From NCBI GenBank assembly GCA_963717505.1, contig OY970342.1, forward strand, positions 1,504,001-1,568,000: a stretch of DNA of 64,000 nucleotides, written 5' to 3'. Origin of the DNA: Candidatus Eiseniibacteriota bacterium (lineage in GTDB: Bacteria > Eisenbacteria > RBG-16-71-46). Position 1 is the stretch's first letter; every line of letters begins with the position of its first letter. The notes under the pieces were generated by a model, which was given only the letters and a program-made list of their open reading frames with translations, was not told the DNA's origin and searched no databases. This document shows positions 1-9,151 of the stretch, one piece after another. A program made the translations under genes and the position numbers.

Positions 1-1
1 C

Positions 2-508
2 GGACGCGACCGCGAGATGCACCCGGCCGTCTGTTCGGAATGCGGCGCCCAGACCATGGTGCCGTTCCTGCCGGTTTCCGATCGACCGATCTACTGCAAG
101 GACTGCTACAACGCGAAGCGCGGCACCGGCGGTGGTGGTGGTGGTGGCGGCGGGGGTGGTGGTGGCGGACGGTCCGGCGGCGGGCGCCCCGGTGGTGGCG
201 GTGGTGGCGGCGGCGGCCGGCGGTCGGGCGGTGGTGGTGGGGGTGGTGGGGGCGGACCCAGTCGCGACCGGGATTCCGGCCAGACCATGACGTCGACCGG
301 CGAACGGCTCCAGGGCTCGGTCAAGTGGTTCAACGAGGCGAAGGGCTTTGGCTTCATCACCGACGGCTCGGGTGAAGACGTGTTCGTTCACTTTTCGGCG
401 ATTCAGGGCGGCGGCTTTCGCACCCTGAACGAGGGAGATCGGGTCGAGTTCGAGGTTGTGATGGGTCCGCGCGGCCGCCAGGCGGCCAACGTGACCCGCG
501 CCGAATGA
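2..508 (+). CDS. CxxC-x17-CxxC zinc-ribbon + Gly-rich linker + cold-shock domain protein (probably 5'-truncated by the window)
   Basis: CSEC...CKDC motif, poly-Gly linker, then a CSD with GSVKWFN, RNP1 KGFGFI and RNP2 VFVHF. The frame is open upstream of ATG17 (GRDREM) to the window edge. Confidence 0.85.
   Translation, partial: GRDREMHPAVCSECGAQTMVPFLPVSDRPIYCKDCYNAKRGTGGGGGGGGGGGGGGRSGGGRPGGGGGGGGGRRSGGGGGGGGGGPSRDRDSGQTMTSTGERLQGSVKWFNEAKGFGFITDGSGEDVFVHFSAIQGGGFRTLNEGDRVEFEVVMGPRGRQAANVTRAE
128..256 (+). repeat. Low-complexity GGY trinucleotide tract encoding the poly-Gly linker
   Basis: Runs of ggt/ggc, in frame with the CSD protein. Confidence 0.9.
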
Positions 509-524
509 GCCGATAACCCCACGG

Positions 525-2186
525 ATGGTCGAAGCCACGCGACAGTTCTCTGCGCTGAGCGAGGAGTTCGTCGAGCTGTCGTTTCGCCACGATCCGGTCG
601 AAGCGACGCGGGTCGGAATCCACGACTACGACCGGATTCTGCCCGACGACTCGCCGGAAGGCGTTCAGGCGCGGCTCACCTGGCTCAAGGATCTGGAGCG
701 CCGGCTCGATCAGGTGCCCGAGACGGCGCTCCCGACCGCGCAACGCGTCGATCACTCCTACCTGCGCTCGCGCGTCGCCACCCTGCGCGGCGAGATCGAG
801 ATGCTGCGTGTGCCGGCTCGCAATCCGGTGCGCTACGCCGAGCGTGCGCTCAACGGCATCTTCCTGCTGCTCGCCCGGCCGTTCGCGCCACTCGAAGAGC
901 GCAAGGAAGCGATTCTCGACCGGCTGATCGCGATTCCCGACTACCTCGGCGCCGCCATCCGCAATCTGGAGCCGGTGCCCGCAGTGATCGTCGAAACCGC
1001 GCTCGAAGTCACGCGCGCCGGGCCCGGGTTCGTCGAGCACGTGGCGCGCACCATGCGCAAGAGCTTCCCCGGCGAGGACGAGCGCATCGAGTACGCCGCA
1101 CAACGGGCGCGGCTCGGATTCCTGCGCTACCAGGAGCATCTCGAGCGCGAGCTGCTGCCCCGGGCGGCCGGGTCGTTCGCCATTGGCGAGAGCGCGATGA
1201 ACACGCTGCTCCACCAGCGGCACCTGCTCGCCATGGACTGCGGCGCCATCGAATCACTCGGGCTCGAGCACGTCGCGCGCGCGCGCGGAATGCTCGAAGC
1301 CGAAGCCCTGCGGCTGGACTCGGCGCGTGACTGGCGGCACCAGATCGCCGCGGCGCGCATGCGCCATCCCGAACGCGGCGAGCTGCGCGAAGCCTACGTG
1401 GCCGAGACCGCGCGCGCCTTGGAGTTCGTGCGCGAGAAGCGCGTGGCGCCGGTGGTCGGCACCGCGTTGGAGGTCGTGGATACGCCCTTGTACATGCGGG
1501 CGGTGACGCCTTATGCGACGTACCTGCCGTCGGCGCCATTCGATCCCGACCAAACCGGATATTTCTTCCTGACCCCGATTGACGTCGGCGCGCCCAAGGA
1601 AGTGCAGGAAGAGCAGCTCCAGGCCAACGCGCTCGCGCGGATCCCGCTGGTGGTGCTGCACGAAGCCTACCCTGGGCGTCACCTGCAGACCGGGCACGCC
1701 AACCAGGCCGCCACGCGCATCCGGCAGCTCGCCTTCAACGACCTGTTCGCCGAGGGCTGGGCGCTCTACTGCGCCGAGCTGATGCACTCACAGGGCTATT
1801 TCCCCGAACCCGTAACGCGACTGTTCCAGCTCCGCGACCTGCTGTGGCGCGCGTGTCGCGTGGTGCTCGACGTGCGACTCCAGTGCGGGCGCATGACCAG
1901 CGAGGAGGCGGTGGACTTCCTGGTCGAGCAGGTGATGATGGAGCGCGCGAGCGCCCGCAGCGAAGTGCGCCGCTACCTGTTGTCGCCGACCCAGCCGCTC
2001 AGCTATCTGGTCGGGATGCTCGAGATCGAGTCGATGCGCGAGGAAGCGCGGAGCCGGCTGGGCCCGGGGTTCGACCTGCACGACTTCCACGCGGCGTTGT
2101 TGGGCGTGGGGGCGTTGCCGCCGGCGCTGGTGCGGGAGGAGTTGTGGGAGCGGCTAGGGCTCAGTGAGGCCGGGTCGCGAGGGTAG
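525..2186 (+). CDS. DUF885 family protein (putative metallopeptidase)
   Basis: HEAYPG-x-HLQ, EGWALY and PTQPLSYLVG motifs, plus C-terminal FDLHDFH, are typical of DUF885. Confidence 0.85.
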   Translation: MVEATRQFSALSEEFVELSFRHDPVEATRVGIHDYDRILPDDSPEGVQARLTWLKDLERRLDQVPETALPTAQRVDHSYLRSRVATLRGEIEMLRVPARNPVRYAERALNGIFLLLARPFAPLEERKEAILDRLIAIPDYLGAAIRNLEPVPAVIVETALEVTRAGPGFVEHVARTMRKSFPGEDERIEYAAQRARLGFLRYQEHLERELLPRAAGSFAIGESAMNTLLHQRHLLAMDCGAIESLGLEHVARARGMLEAEALRLDSARDWRHQIAAARMRHPERGELREAYVAETARALEFVREKRVAPVVGTALEVVDTPLYMRAVTPYATYLPSAPFDPDQTGYFFLTPIDVGAPKEVQEEQLQANALARIPLVVLHEAYPGRHLQTGHANQAATRIRQLAFNDLFAEGWALYCAELMHSQGYFPEPVTRLFQLRDLLWRACRVVLDVRLQCGRMTSEEAVDFLVEQVMMERASARSEVRRYLLSPTQPLSYLVGMLEIESMREEARSRLGPGFDLHDFHAALLGVGALPPALVREELWERLGLSEAGSRG

Positions 2187-2192
2187 GGGGAG

Positions 2193-4013
2193 TTACCCCG
2201 CCGCCACCGCGCGTTCCTGCGGCGCCTCGTACATCCCCTCGATCAGCTCCTTGTACCTCTCCGTCACCACTCGCCGTTTCACCTTGAGCGACGGTGTCAG
2301 CTCCCCGTTGTGCTGCGTCAGCTCGTTCTCGAGCAACGCGAATTTCTTGATCTGCTCGAAGCTCGAGCGGCCTGTGTTCACGCGGGTGATCTCGGCCTGG
2401 AACAGCGCGCGCACGTCAGGACGCGCGAGGAACCGAGCGCGATCTGAGACCTCGTCCCAGCCCCGACTCGCCGCCTCGGCATCGAGTGCCGCAAAGTCCG
2501 GCACCAGCAGACACACGATGTACGGCCTGCGGTCGCCGAGGAGCACAGCCTCCGAGATCCAGCGGCTCTCCTTGAGTGCCGCCTCGACCGGCTGTGGGGC
2601 CACCTTCTTGCCGCCGGCCGTCACCAGCAGGTCTTTCAAACGATCGGTGATGAACACATAACCGCGCTCGTCGATGCGGCCGACGTCGCCGGTGTGGAAC
2701 CAGCCGTCGCGAATCGCCGCATTCGTGGCTTCGGTGTTGTGGTAGTAGCCGAGCATCACATGTGGGCCGCGCGTCAGGATCTCGCCCTCGGCCCCGATCC
2801 TGACCTCGACCCCGGGGATCGCCCGCCCGACCGAGCCCGGCATCTCGCTGCCCGGCGGATTCAGGGTGATCACCGGCGAGGTCTCGGTCAGCCCGTAGCC
2901 CTCGACGATTGGAATCCCGATCGCGAAGAAGAACTCCATCACGTTGGGGGCCAGGGGGGCCCCGCCCGAGACGCCGTAGCGCAGCCGTCCGCCGACGCGA
3001 GCGCGAATCTTCGAAAGCACGAGCCGGTCGGCAATCCCGAGCTGGAGCGCGACCCACGGCGACGGGTTCCGCCCCGCGAACTTGGCCTGCGCCCGCTGCG
3101 CCCCGATGCCCAGCGCCCAATGGAACAGCGCGCGGGCGATGGGCGGGCGCGCGGCTGCGCCTTCCATCACGCGCGCGTAGACCTTCTCGTAGAAGCGCGG
3201 GACGCCGGTGATGATGGTGGGCCGCACTTCCATCGCGTTCGTGGCGACAGTTTCCATGCTCTCCGCGTACGCGATGGTCACCCCGCCGCCCAGCATCGCG
3301 TAGAAGCCGCCCATGCGCTCGAAGATGTGCGACAGGGGCAGGAACGACAGCGAGGTGTCGTTCGGAGTCAGCCCGAACACTTTGAGCGAGCTGGCGACGT
3401 TGCTCGCGATGTTGGCGTGCGACAGCATCGCCCCTTTGGGTTCGCCGGTGGTCCCCGAGGTGTAGATGATGGTGGCCAGATCGTTGGGCACAATGTCGGC
3501 TATAGCTTGCCGGAACATCTCGGGCTCACGCTGCCGTTGCTCGGCGCCGCGGGCGACCAGATCGTTCCACGAGACCTCGCCGGTGTGCGCGGCGTCTCCG
3601 GGTGCGTCCATCACGATGATCGCGCACAAGTTGGGCGTCGAGCCGCGCTCGGCGCGGAGCTTGTCGCGCTGGGCCGCGTTCGAAACGAAGGCCACCTTGG
3701 CTCCGGAGTTGCGCAGCAGTGCTGCGCACTGGGGCCCGGTGACGGTCGCGTAGATTGGCACGGTCACCGCGCCGAGGCCGAGAATGGCGAGATCGGCCAG
3801 CGCCCACTCGACGCGCGATTCCGCGAAGATCGCGACCCGGTCGCCGCGCCTGACCCCCAGCATTTCGAGACCGTGCGCGACGTTCTCGACGGTCTCGACC
3901 GCCTGAACACCGGAGGTCGCGTGCCAGGCGCCGTCCCGCTTGCTCATGAAGAGCGGGGCCGTGCCTTTGCGCCCGGCGGCGTCGAGGAAGATCTGGATCA
4001 GGGTCTCGGACAT
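2193..4013 (-). CDS. Long-chain fatty acid-CoA ligase (AMP-dependent synthetase)
   Basis: IIYTSGTTGEPKG, EGYGLTE, GWFHTGD and ELTPSLKVKR motifs. Start placed at ATG4013 (MSETLIQ), after a GGAGG RBS. Confidence 0.92.
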   Translation of the reverse strand: MSETLIQIFLDAAGRKGTAPLFMSKRDGAWHATSGVQAVETVENVAHGLEMLGVRRGDRVAIFAESRVEWALADLAILGLGAVTVPIYATVTGPQCAALLRNSGAKVAFVSNAAQRDKLRAERGSTPNLCAIIVMDAPGDAAHTGEVSWNDLVARGAEQRQREPEMFRQAIADIVPNDLATIIYTSGTTGEPKGAMLSHANIASNVASSLKVFGLTPNDTSLSFLPLSHIFERMGGFYAMLGGGVTIAYAESMETVATNAMEVRPTIITGVPRFYEKVYARVMEGAAARPPIARALFHWALGIGAQRAQAKFAGRNPSPWVALQLGIADRLVLSKIRARVGGRLRYGVSGGAPLAPNVMEFFFAIGIPIVEGYGLTETSPVITLNPPGSEMPGSVGRAIPGVEVRIGAEGEILTRGPHVMLGYYHNTEATNAAIRDGWFHTGDVGRIDERGYVFITDRLKDLLVTAGGKKVAPQPVEAALKESRWISEAVLLGDRRPYIVCLLVPDFAALDAEAASRGWDEVSDRARFLARPDVRALFQAEITRVNTGRSSFEQIKKFALLENELTQHNGELTPSLKVKRRVVTERYKELIEGMYEAPQERAVAAG

Positions 4014-4141
4014 GCGTTGCCTCCGTGGACGTTGACCCAAGCATCGGCACATCCGGGCGCGGGGGCAAGCGTCGGATCGGACTCGTCTTCGGCGACCGCG
4101 GGCCGGGTGCTAACGTGCGTGGTTCCCGGAAAGGAACCCCG

Positions 4142-4819
4142 ATGGCCGTCGCGCCCAAACCCCAACGCTTCGCCACCGCCGCCGCATTCCGCGCTTGGCT
4201 CGCCCGCCACCACGGCTCGGCCGACGAGATCGTCGTCCGCTGCTACAAGACGCATGCGTCGAAACAGGGCATGACCTACGGCGAAGCCCTGGACGAGGTT
4301 CTGTGCCACGGCTGGATCGACGGCGTGCGCCGCGCGATCGACGACGTCAGCTTCAGCGTGCGGTTCACGCCACGGAGCCCGAGGAGCATCTGGAGCCGGG
4401 TGAACATTCGCAAGGTCGAGGCGCTGATTGCCCAGGGCCGCATGGCGAAACCGGGACTCGACGCGTTTCGTGCCCGCGAGGAGTCACGCACCGGGCTCTA
4501 TTCGTTCGAACGCGCGTCGATGGAGCTCACGCCGGCTTTCCTGAAACGATTCAAGGCGCGCAAGGGTGCCTGGGAGCATTTCCAGACGCAGCCGCCCTGG
4601 TATCGGCGCACCAGCACGTTCTGGGTGATGAGCGCCAAGCAGGAGGCGACGCGCGAGCGGCGGCTCGAAACGCTGATCGACTGTTCGGGGAAGAACCTCA
4701 CGCTGCCGCAACTGACGCGCACACCGAGCGCCAAGAAAGCCGCCGGGGCCGGGTCGAGCGAAGCCTCGAGTCGCTCCCGCGCTCGCACCGGACGCCGCCC
4801 GCGGCCGAGCCCTCGGTAA
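4142..4819 (+). CDS. YdeI/OmpD-associated family protein
   Basis: FRAWL, EALDEVLCHGWIDG, RFTPRSPRSIWS and SAKQEATRERRL motifs. AAGGA RBS before ATG4142. Confidence 0.85.
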   Translation: MAVAPKPQRFATAAAFRAWLARHHGSADEIVVRCYKTHASKQGMTYGEALDEVLCHGWIDGVRRAIDDVSFSVRFTPRSPRSIWSRVNIRKVEALIAQGRMAKPGLDAFRAREESRTGLYSFERASMELTPAFLKRFKARKGAWEHFQTQPPWYRRTSTFWVMSAKQEATRERRLETLIDCSGKNLTLPQLTRTPSAKKAAGAGSSEASSRSRARTGRRPRPSPR

Positions 4820-4830
4820 AGCATACCTTC

Positions 4831-5292
4831 ATGATTCCGCGCGAGTACCTGATCCCCTACCTGATCTCGAATGGCGTCGCACTTGCAGTTCTGGGGCTGG
4901 CATTCGTTCGCCCGCGCTGGGTGCGGTGGGTGACGATCGCACTGTTCTTGTGGGCTGCGCTTCGCAACACCCAGGTGGTGCTCACCACCCCGGAGTCCTA
5001 CCAGGGCTTCGCGCCGCTGACGTTCCTGCCGATCTATCGCGATTTCATTCAGGGCTGGTTTCGGCAGCACACGATGCCGATGGTACTGACGATCGCCGCC
5101 TGCCAACTGACCATCGCCCTGCTCCTGCTGGTGAACCGGCACGGGACGCGGCGCCTGGGCGTATCGGGCGCGCTCGCCTTTCTGCTCGGAATCGCGCCCC
5201 TTGGTGTCGGTTCGGCGTTCCCCTTCTCGCTCATCTATGGATCCGCGTTGGTGATCATGCTGCTCAAGCTCGAACACGCCAGGGCCGCATGA
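4831..5292 (+). CDS. Hypothetical integral membrane protein (~153 aa)
   Basis: 3' part of ORF 4195..5292, starting at MIPREYL. Contains 4-5 hydrophobic segments. Confidence 0.7.
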   Translation: MIPREYLIPYLISNGVALAVLGLAFVRPRWVRWVTIALFLWAALRNTQVVLTTPESYQGFAPLTFLPIYRDFIQGWFRQHTMPMVLTIAACQLTIALLLLVNRHGTRRLGVSGALAFLLGIAPLGVGSAFPFSLIYGSALVIMLLKLEHARAA

Positions 5293-5341
5293 CCGCGGCC
5301 TGCGTTGACAACCGCGCGCACGCTGGCCGACATTCGCCCGG

Positions 5342-6619
5342 ATGAGCCCCAGCTGGATTCTCGGAGGAGTCCGCACGCCGTTCGCCAGGGCAGGCACCGC
5401 GTTCAAGCACACGCCGGCCTACGAGCTGGGCCGCGTGGCGATGACCGAGGCGCTGGCCCGATCCGACGTCGATCCGGCGCGCCTGGATCACGTGATCTTC
5501 GGCAACTGCGCCCAGCCGCCCGAAGCCGCGAATATCACGCGGGTCACCGCGATTCGCGCCGGGGTGCCGGAGCAGATTCCCGGCTACACGGTGCACCGCA
5601 ACTGCGCGTCGGGCATGGAAGCGATCGCCGACGCCAGCACGCGCATCGCGGCCGGAGAATCGCGCCTGGTGCTCGCCGGGGGCATGGAGAACATGAGCCA
5701 GATCCCGCTCATGTACCCGCCGGCGTTCGCCGACTGGCTCGAGAAGTTCGCGCGCGCCAAGACGCTGCCCCAAAAGCTCGGGGCCGCCTCGCGCTTCCGG
5801 TTCTCGATGCTGGCGCCGCGCATCGCGATCGCCGAGGGGCTCACCGACTACACCTGCGGACTCAACATGGGGCAGACCGCCGAGGTGCTGGCCAACGAGT
5901 TCCGCATCGGCCGCGATCGCCAGGATGCTTTCGCGCTCGAGAGCCACCGGCGCGCGATCGCCGCGCGGGCCAGGCTGCGCGAGGAGATCGCGCCGGTCTT
6001 CCCGATGCCGGACTTCGGAATCGTTCAGGACGACATCGGTCCGCGCGAGAACCAGACCTTGGAGGCCCTCTCGAAACTCAAGCCGTATTTCGATCGAAAG
6101 AACGGCATGGTCACGGTCGGCAACTCGTGCCAGGTGACCGATGGTGCCGTGGCGCTGCTGGTCGGCGACGACGCCACGGCGCGCGCATGGCCGGTGCCGC
6201 CGCTCGGGCGCATTCGCGCGTTCGCGTTCGCGGGTCTCGAGCCGAGGCGCATGGGTCTCGGACCGGTATTCGCGATGGCCGAGGTGCTGCACCGGGCGCG
6301 GCTCGAGCTGTCCGACATCGAGCTGTTCGAGATCAACGAGGCGTTCGCGGCACAGGTGCTGGCGTGCCTCGAGGCGTCGCGCTCCGACGCCTTCGCGCGT
6401 GCCGAGCTGGGACGCGAGACCGCGCTTGGGGAGATCCACACCGAGCTGCTCAACGTGAACGGCGGCGCGATCGCGCTCGGACATCCGGTGGGAGCGAGCG
6501 GCGCGCGGCTGGTGCTCACGCTGCTCATGGAAATGCGCCGGCGCGGGCTCAAGCGCGGCATGGCGTCGCTGTGCGTCGGCGGTGGGCAGGGCGCGGCGTT
6601 CATCCTGGAGCGCGGATGA
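5342..6619 (+). CDS. fadI: Acetyl-CoA C-acyltransferase (thiolase, FadI-like)
   Basis: Catalytic Cys in TVHRNCASG, plus NEAFAAQ, GGAIALGHPVGASG and CVGGGQG. Coupled to the fadJ-like gene. Confidence 0.9.
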   Translation: MSPSWILGGVRTPFARAGTAFKHTPAYELGRVAMTEALARSDVDPARLDHVIFGNCAQPPEAANITRVTAIRAGVPEQIPGYTVHRNCASGMEAIADASTRIAAGESRLVLAGGMENMSQIPLMYPPAFADWLEKFARAKTLPQKLGAASRFRFSMLAPRIAIAEGLTDYTCGLNMGQTAEVLANEFRIGRDRQDAFALESHRRAIAARARLREEIAPVFPMPDFGIVQDDIGPRENQTLEALSKLKPYFDRKNGMVTVGNSCQVTDGAVALLVGDDATARAWPVPPLGRIRAFAFAGLEPRRMGLGPVFAMAEVLHRARLELSDIELFEINEAFAAQVLACLEASRSDAFARAELGRETALGEIHTELLNVNGGAIALGHPVGASGARLVLTLLMEMRRRGLKRGMASLCVGGGQGAAFILERG

Positions 6620-8805
6620 CGCTGGCCGCGGACGGTAACGAAGTGGAGGCGGCGGTAACGCTCCCCAGCCGGCACACGGGCGCCTTCCGCATCGAGTCCG
6701 CGGGCAACGGCATGGCCCATCTGGTGATGGACGACCCCGCGCGTCGGGTCAACGTCCTGGACGAAGCGGCGATCGCCTCGCTCGAGGAAGCGCTTTCCCA
6801 GCTCGAGCAGGATGCGTCGCTGCGCGGCGTGATCCTGATCAGCGGCAAGCCGGGATCGTTCCTGGCCGGCGCCGACATTCGCGAGATCGGATCGATCACC
6901 GACCCCGAGTTGGTGCGCGGCATCGTTCGCCGCGCTCACGTCGTGCTCAATCGGCTCGCGTACCTGCAAGCGCCCACGGTGGCCGCGATCGACGGCGTTT
7001 GTCTGGGCGGTGGCACCGAACTGGCTCTGGCGTGCGACTCGCGCGTCGCCACCGAGGAGCCGCGCACCCAGATCGGGCTCCCCGAAGTCCTGCTCGGAAT
7101 CTTCCCCGGATTCGGCGGCTCGACGCGCCTGCCGAGACTGGTCGGCCTTCAGGCCGCACTCGACCTGATCCTGACCGGGCGCACGCTCGATGCGCGCCGG
7201 GCCGAACGCATGGGTCTGATCGCACGCGCGGTCCCGGCGGCCTGGCTGACCGAGTTCGCGCACCGCCGGCTCGAGGAGCTGCAGAAGCGCCCGCGCGAGC
7301 GGCGTCGCGACGTGTTTCGCCCGAAAGGCATGGCCAACCGATTCCTCGAGGGCTGGGGGCGCGGCATCGTGCTCAACACCGCGAGACGGCAGACGCTCGA
7401 GCGCACCGGCGGCCACTACCCGGCTCCGCTCGCCGCGATTGGCGTGATCTCCGAAGGCATTGGGCAACCGGTCGAGCGCGCATTGGCCCTCGAGGAGCGA
7501 GTCGCGGACCTGGTGGTTGGCCCCGAGTGCAAGAATCTGATTCGCATCTTCCTGATGTCGGAGCGCGCCAAGAAGGAGCCACCGGTGCCCGGCGTCGAGC
7601 TCGAGCCCGCGGACATCGACAGTCTGGCGCTGGTCGGCGCCGGGGTCATGGGCGGCGGCATTGCGGAGCTGGCGAGCCGGAGTGGAATTCGGGTGCGGCT
7701 GCGTGACCTGAAGCCGGAGGCGCTGACGCGCGCGCTGCAGACGGTGCGCGAGCTGATCGACGAGCGCGCGCGCCGCCGGCGCATGCCGCGCCATGAGCGC
7801 GACGGCCAGCTTTCGCGCATTTCGGTGACGCTCGAGCCCGACGGCTTCGGCACGGTCGACGGTGCGATCGAGGCGGTCGTCGAAGACCTCGCGGTCAAAC
7901 GCCGTGTGTTCGCCGAGCTGGAGACCCGCATGAAGCCCGAGGCCCTGCTCGCGACCAATACTTCGTCGCTCTCGGTGAGCGAGCTGGGCGCCGGGCTCGC
8001 GCACCCGGGGCGCTTCTGCGGTTTCCACTTCTTCAACCCGGTTCACCGCATGCCGCTGGTCGAAGTCGTGCGCGGCGCCAAGACCACAGACGCCACATTG
8101 GTGACCGCGGTCGCCCTCGCGCGGCGACTCGGCAAGACGCCGGTCGTGGTCGCGGACTCACCCGGGTTCGTGGTCAACCGGATCCTGATGCCCTATCTGC
8201 GCGAAGCCATGCACTTGTTGGAAGAGGGCTACGCGCTCACCGACATCGACGCCTCGATGCGCAATTTCGGCATGCCGATGGGGCCGTTCGAAGTGCTCGA
8301 CGAAGTCGGACTCGACGTCGCGCAGAAGGTGGCGGGGGTACTCGGGGCCGCGTTTTCGGAGCGCATGACTCCGGCGCCGATGCTCGACAAGCTGGTCGCC
8401 GCCGGCAGGTTGGGGAAGAAGACCGGCGCCGGCTTCTACCGGCACCGGGGGCGCAAGCGCCGGCCCGATCCCAAGCTCTCGGGGATCCTCGAACTCTCGC
8501 GACGCCGCGGCGCCCGCGGGCTCACGTTCCTTTCCGAGCGCATGACCCTGGCGATCATCAACGAGGCCGCCTGGTGCCTCGACGAGGGCGTGGTTTCGGA
8601 TCCGGGATTGCTGGACCTGGCCATGATCTTCGGCGCCGGCTTCCCGCCGTTCCGGGGCGGTCCACTGCGCTACGGGGACGCCCTGGGGGTGGCCCACGTC
8701 GCGGGCAGGCTCACGGCGCTGCGCGCCGAGCGGGGAGAACGCTTCCGGCCGGCCGAGCGGATCGTCCGGCGGGCCGAGACCGGGGGCAAGCTCTCGGAAA
8801 ACTAG
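6616..8805 (+). CDS. fadJ: Multifunctional enoyl-CoA hydratase / 3-hydroxyacyl-CoA dehydrogenase
   Basis: FLAGADI, CLGGGTELALAC, GLPEVLLG, GAGVMGGGI, ATNTSSL and HFFNPV motifs. ATGA overlap with the thiolase stop. Confidence 0.92.
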   Translation: MTLAADGNEVEAAVTLPSRHTGAFRIESAGNGMAHLVMDDPARRVNVLDEAAIASLEEALSQLEQDASLRGVILISGKPGSFLAGADIREIGSITDPELVRGIVRRAHVVLNRLAYLQAPTVAAIDGVCLGGGTELALACDSRVATEEPRTQIGLPEVLLGIFPGFGGSTRLPRLVGLQAALDLILTGRTLDARRAERMGLIARAVPAAWLTEFAHRRLEELQKRPRERRRDVFRPKGMANRFLEGWGRGIVLNTARRQTLERTGGHYPAPLAAIGVISEGIGQPVERALALEERVADLVVGPECKNLIRIFLMSERAKKEPPVPGVELEPADIDSLALVGAGVMGGGIAELASRSGIRVRLRDLKPEALTRALQTVRELIDERARRRRMPRHERDGQLSRISVTLEPDGFGTVDGAIEAVVEDLAVKRRVFAELETRMKPEALLATNTSSLSVSELGAGLAHPGRFCGFHFFNPVHRMPLVEVVRGAKTTDATLVTAVALARRLGKTPVVVADSPGFVVNRILMPYLREAMHLLEEGYALTDIDASMRNFGMPMGPFEVLDEVGLDVAQKVAGVLGAAFSERMTPAPMLDKLVAAGRLGKKTGAGFYRHRGRKRRPDPKLSGILELSRRRGARGLTFLSERMTLAIINEAAWCLDEGVVSDPGLLDLAMIFGAGFPPFRGGPLRYGDALGVAHVAGRLTALRAERGERFRPAERIVRRAETGGKLSEN

Positions 8806-8890
8806 GAGCCAGAGGGGCCGAAGGAGCCGGCAGACTACGGGCGGCCGCGGCCGCGGCCGGGGCCTGGACGGTCGCGCGGCCTAACGCCCC

Positions 8891-8934
8891 AAAAACACGC
8901 CCGCCCCGAGGTTTACCGACCTCGGGGCTGCGTG
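8891..8934 (-). terminator. Rho-independent terminator
   Basis: Minus strand reads CACGCAGCCCCGAGGT-CGGTAA-ACCTCGGGGCGGGCGTG-TTTTT. Confidence 0.8.
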
Positions 8935-9045
8935 TGGAAGACTTCGCACCGCTTTTGGAGGTGTCACACGCTTCGCATCGCGTGACACCCCTATAGACGA
9001 TCCAAACCCGTATCAGGTTGCCATGGTGTAGAAAAGATACGGTTG
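8891..9045 (-). ncRNA. Candidate structured small RNA or long ftsH 3' UTR
   Basis: Successive hairpins end in a terminator. The central hairpin's A-C mismatches on the plus strand become G-U pairs on the minus strand. TTGACC lies upstream at 9052-9057. Confidence 0.35.
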
Positions 9046-9151
9046 CGGGACGGTCAAGCGGCGAGAAATGGCGCCCGGACGCGGGGTCGAAAACACCGGT
9101 ACGTGGCGATGGGCGAACTTCCAACCAACCCGGTGCCGCCAAAAGGGCCGT

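Noticed and set aside
128-256. GGT/GGC repeats here and at about 45530-45660 as possible CRISPR or VNTR
   Set aside because: They are in-frame poly-Gly coding tracts with no repeat-spacer structure and no cas genes.
5305-6615. Apparent 1166-aa FadJ with a long N-terminal extension
   Set aside because: The extension is an Arg-rich shadow frame over the thiolase gene. Real homology starts at ATG6616.
8840-8865. GCGGCC tandem repeat after fadJ
   Set aside because: It is short, low-complexity GC sequence expected by chance in this composition.
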